This document shows, in pieces, positions 60,443 through 64,000 of a DNA stretch of 64,000 nucleotides. The stretch spans positions 407,898,001 to 407,962,000 of the forward strand of contig NC_067399.1 in NCBI RefSeq assembly GCF_016432865.1. The letters run 5' to 3'. Numbering within the stretch: the stretch's first letter is position 1; the number at the start of each line of letters is the position of its first letter. The position numbers were made by a program, and so were the translations under genes. A model generated the notes under the pieces. That model was not told the DNA's origin and ran no database searches. It saw only the letters and a list, made by a program, of their open reading frames with translations. This stretch comes from Antechinus flavipes (Eukaryota).

Positions 60443-60920
60443 CTTCAAACTATATTCAGATTCAATCAGTTCCTTCTCTGGGTATGGATAGGATTTTTTT
60501 CTTTTAATTCCTTTAGAGTAGTCATGGACCATTGTACTGCTGAGAATAGAAAAGACATTTATAGCTGATCATCCCAGAACATTGCTATTACTTTGTATAA
60601 AGTACATTTCACTTTGCTTGAGTTCATGGGGGGACTTTTCAGGTTTTTCTGAGAGCATCTTGCTCATCATTTCCCATAGAGCAATAGTATTCTGTCATAA
60701 TCACATGCCACAAATTATTCAATTATTCTTTGATTGATATGCATCCCCTCAATTTCCTTTTTTTTTTTTTGCCTTGAGAAGAGTGCTGTTATAAATATTT
60801 TTGTATATACAAATCCTTTTCCTTTTTTTTTTAAAAAAAATCTCTTTTTGGATTCATGCCTAGTAGTGAATTGTTAGATCAAAGGATATGCATGAATGTA
60901 TAACCTTTTGGACATAGATC
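60188..60920 (-). mobile_element. L1 3' fragment containing (GA)n at 60361-60439
   Basis: atgcttcaaactatattcagattcaatcagttccttctctgg...gagcaatagtattc...tagtagtgaattgttagatcaaaggatatgca. Confidence 0.85.
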
Positions 60921-61189
60921 ATATCTATTGATCATTTATCGGTTGGAGCAGGGGAGCCCTCATTTTTAAAGGCTTTTTATATTTTAGTTGGTGGGGGTGC
61001 TATGATCCCCTAATCAGTTGAGTCTCGACCATGGTTTCATTGACTTTCTAGGAGAAAACTAGCCTAGTTTACCAGAAGTAGATATTGCTCCTATTACATC
61101 TCTTATTTCACAGATGAGGAATCTGGAGCCCTGGGAGATGGTGAGAGAGAGCTCTTCTGACTCTAAGACCAGTGCTTTTTCTATTATAC

Positions 61190-61700
61190 CAATCAATAAA
61201 GATTTATTGTGCAGTCCTCTTTATATGATTAGCACTATGCTAGGTGCTGGAAGGATACAAGAAAAGTATAAAATACAAAGTCTTTTCTCAAGGTGATTGA
61301 AATCCAACAGCATAGATGAAACAACAAGAAGAAAATTAATCGCTAAATTTGAAGGTATTGACTGTAAGTTCCAAGGAGTTCAGAAAAAAAAAGATAAGGG
61401 TGTGTTTACAGGGAGGGAATTAGAGGACAAGGGAACTGCAATTTAGGGAGAGCCTTAAAGGAAAAATGGTTTGAATAGATGAAAAAGGAAAACAAAAATG
61501 ACATTCTAGGAAATTGGAATAGCAAAAATGAAGGCAGAATGGGGCAACTGAATATGGTATTTTTGGGTGGAGAATCTGGACTGATTAAAGTTAAAGCATA
61601 GTAGCATGAGATAAAATTGGCCAGTTAAAATAGAACCTTATTATGGAGTCCCTTGAAAGCCAAATAAAGGAGGTTGGGCTTGAGACAGAGTAGGGGTAGT
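61190..61700 (-). mobile_element. L2 remnant
   Basis: caatcaataaagatttatt...tagcactatgctaggtgctggaaggatac...ttatggagtcccttgaaagccaaataaaggag. Confidence 0.65.
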
Positions 61701-62307
61701 ATGGTATCCAAGAAGAGAGAAAACGTAAAGCAGACAGATGTTAACAAAAGAAAAGACATGTAACTTTCCTTGATTTAATCTAAGTCAAATGGCTAGTTTT
61801 ATAAAAAGTCTCCTGTGTCCATTGTCTACTTTTTAAAACAGATCTGTGATTTTATTGGTTTAGGAAGCTTTCTTAACGTGCCATGAAATTGATGTGATTA
61901 AATGAATTTAATGATTAAATGAATTATCCATAGTGACATTCCTAGAAAGTTGGATCTCTTTTCTCTATTGAAGATTGCTTCTCAGAATCAAAAGTAAAAA
62001 CTGAGCCAGGTAACAAAAATTCCTTCACACATATGCTGTTGACTGTAATAGTGAGAAAGGTTCTGAGGATGACCTGGAGAACTAGGTTCAAATCCTGAGT
62101 CTTAACTTCTAGTGATGTGATTATAGTTTCCTTCTAGAAATCTTAGTTTCTTCTTTTGTTTAATGGGGATAATAATATTTGCTCTTGGAGTTTTCTGAGG
62201 ACTAACCTTGAGGCCTGAGGCTACCTTTTGTCTCTTTTTGTGGCTGATTCATAGTAGTTATATAAGAAATATTGATAATGAAGGGGTCAAATGCTTTTTC
62301 CCATTTC

Positions 62308-62448
62308 TTTTTGCTGAGGCAGTTGGGGTTAAGTGACTTGCCCAGGGTCATATAGCTAGAAAGTGTTAAGTGTCTGAGGTCAAATTTGAACTCAGGTCCT
62401 CCTAACTTCAGGGCTGGTGCTTTATCCTCCCGACCATCTAGCTGCCCC
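62308..62448 (-). mobile_element. WSINE1-type SINE
   Basis: gctgaggcagttggggttaagtgacttgcccagggtcatatagctagaaagtgttaagtgtctgagg...ccatctagctgcccc. Confidence 0.95.
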
Positions 62449-62479
62449 CTCCTTTTTGAAAAAAAAATTTTTTTTAAAG

Positions 62480-62720
62480 AAGTCGAGCAGCTGGATGGTA
62501 CAATGGATAAAGTGTTGGGCTTATAATTAAGAAAATCTGAGTTCAGATCCAGTCCTAGCTATGTGACCCTGGGCAAGTTAATTTAATCTCTACCTCAATT
62601 TCTGCAACTATAAAATGGAGATAATAAATAATAACACCTACTTCACAGGGCTGTTGTTTGTATAAAAACATTTTGCCTGGTGTCTGGCACATAATAGGCT
62701 CTATATTAATTCCTCATTCT
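62480..62720 (+). mobile_element. MIR-type SINE
   Basis: aatggataaagtgttgggc...ctgagttcagatcc...tagctatgtgaccctgggcaagttatttaatctc. Confidence 0.8.
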
Positions 62721-63317
62721 CCTTTCTCCCTTCTTTCTTTTGTAAATTTGAAAGCTTTAGAAAAAAGTCCAGAGGCTAATACCTGAGACAGAGTGAGATG
62801 GAAAGAGAAGACTGATCAAAGTTTTTTTTTTTTTTGCTTATTCTCATTCAGGTTTGGACTGTCTTTAATCAGATATCACTTCATCTCCTCCTCAGCTTGT
62901 TTTTATTTATTTATTTTTTATTTTCCTGAAATTGCCACATAACTCTCCACATTGGTTCATTAAACCAATTTTCTACAGCAGCATATAGCTCAGGAATTCA
63001 GCTTTGTGGTTTGCAAACCAATTCTTCAGTTAAAGCAACTTATTAATATTGTGATTTGCAAACTTTGCATTTAAAAAGCAACCTTAGCTACATTTATGAG
63101 CTTGCTTACAAACCTCCACTATGATTAGGCGTTATCCCATTTTACAAATGGTCAAGGTACCCCATCCTTGAATGGCATAACCATGAGTGTTCTCATGGGT
63201 GGGGCCTGAAGTTGGGGCACATTTCCTTTTCAGGATGTCTAAGCATCTGGGCACAAGACAACATGACAGACATAATGCATCAGGGTTATAAACATCCCAG
63301 TTTCTCTTGCCACCATT

Positions 63318-63992
63318 TTCTTTTTTTTTTTTTTTTTTAATTTTTATTTAATGATTACTTTATATTGACAACATTATCCCTTGCACTCGTTTCTTTTCCG
63401 ATTTTTTTTCCCCTCCCTCCCTCCACCCCCTCCCCTAGATGGCAAGCAGTCCTTTATATGTTGGATATGTTGCAGTATATCCTAGATACAATATATGTTT
63501 GCAGAACCGAACAGTTCTCTTGTTGCATAGGGAGAATTGGATTCAGAAGGTATAAATAACCCGGGAAGAAAAACAAAAATGCAGATAGTTCACATTCGTT
63601 TCCCAGTGTTCGTTCTTTGGGTGTAGCTGCTTTTGTCCGTCATTTATCAATTGAAACTTAGTTAGGTCTCTTTGTCAAAGAAATCCACTTCCATCAAAAT
63701 ATGTCCTCATACAATATCGTTGTCGAAGTGTGTAATGATCTCCTGGTTCTGCTCATTTCACTTAGATCAGTTCATGTAAGTCTCACCAGTCCTCTCTGTA
63801 TTCATCCTGCTGGTCATTTCTTACAGAACAATAATATTCCATAACATTCATATACCACAATTTACCCAGCCATTCTCCAATTGATGGGCATCCATTCATT
63901 TTCCAGTTTCTAGCCACTACAAATAGGGCTGCTACAAACATTTTGGCACATACAGGTCCCTTTCCCTTCTTTAGTATTTCTTTGGGATATAA
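63318..63992 (-). mobile_element. 5'-truncated, relatively young L1 (3' UTR plus ORF2 end)
   Basis: Poly-T tail; the 3' UTR is close to that of the 48007 L1 (gaactgttcggttctgca-acatatattgtatctaggatatactg); the last bases tcttgcca (63993-64000) repeat 63305-63312, a probable TSD cut by the window edge. Confidence 0.95.
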
Positions 63993-64000
63993 TCTTGCCA

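Noticed and set aside
640-63559. The roughly 130 short ORFs in the supplied track as host genes
   Set aside because: They are mostly 60-130 aa, overlap TEs, microsatellites or N gaps, and match no protein family I recognise. Only the L1-derived ones have real homology.
1-64000. Endogenous viral element, ERV/LTR or NUMT
   Set aside because: I recognised no LTR pair, gag/pol/env, viral or mitochondrial similarity. A highly decayed copy could be missed without a search.

Overview
AT-rich, CpG-poor, repeat-dense non-coding DNA from a marsupial, most likely a dasyurid. The taxon call rests on WSINE1-type SINEs, MAR1/WALLSI-type RTE-related SINEs and marsupial L1 3' UTRs. It looks like a short-read assembly, with seven N-gaps sitting in low-complexity tracts. 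I found no host protein-coding exon, intact RNA gene, CpG island or CRISPR array, so the window is probably intergenic or inside a large intron. The only real protein homologies are disabled retrotransposon ORFs: L1 ORF2 (48007-51124), an L1-type ORF1 (about 1995-2745), and RTE, L2 and L3 remnants. The rest is MIR/L2/L3 fossils, WSINE1, RTE-SINEs, hAT-type MITEs, a 7SL retrocopy and microsatellites. The most interesting structures are: (1) a segment of about 100-235 bp present in three diverged local copies, two of them inserted into other transposons and all starting at about the same point; (2) two independent 'half-L1' (HAL1-like) copies sharing the same ORF2-less junction; (3) an L1 whose 3' UTR, poly(A) and target-site duplication are tandemly duplicated; (4) a 74-bp local duplicate inside a CT tract; (5) a multi-level transposon nest. 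Family names come from recall of consensus sequences, not from a database search, and most repeat boundaries are approximate (tens of bp). I see no convincing evidence of a new gene-encoded biological system.
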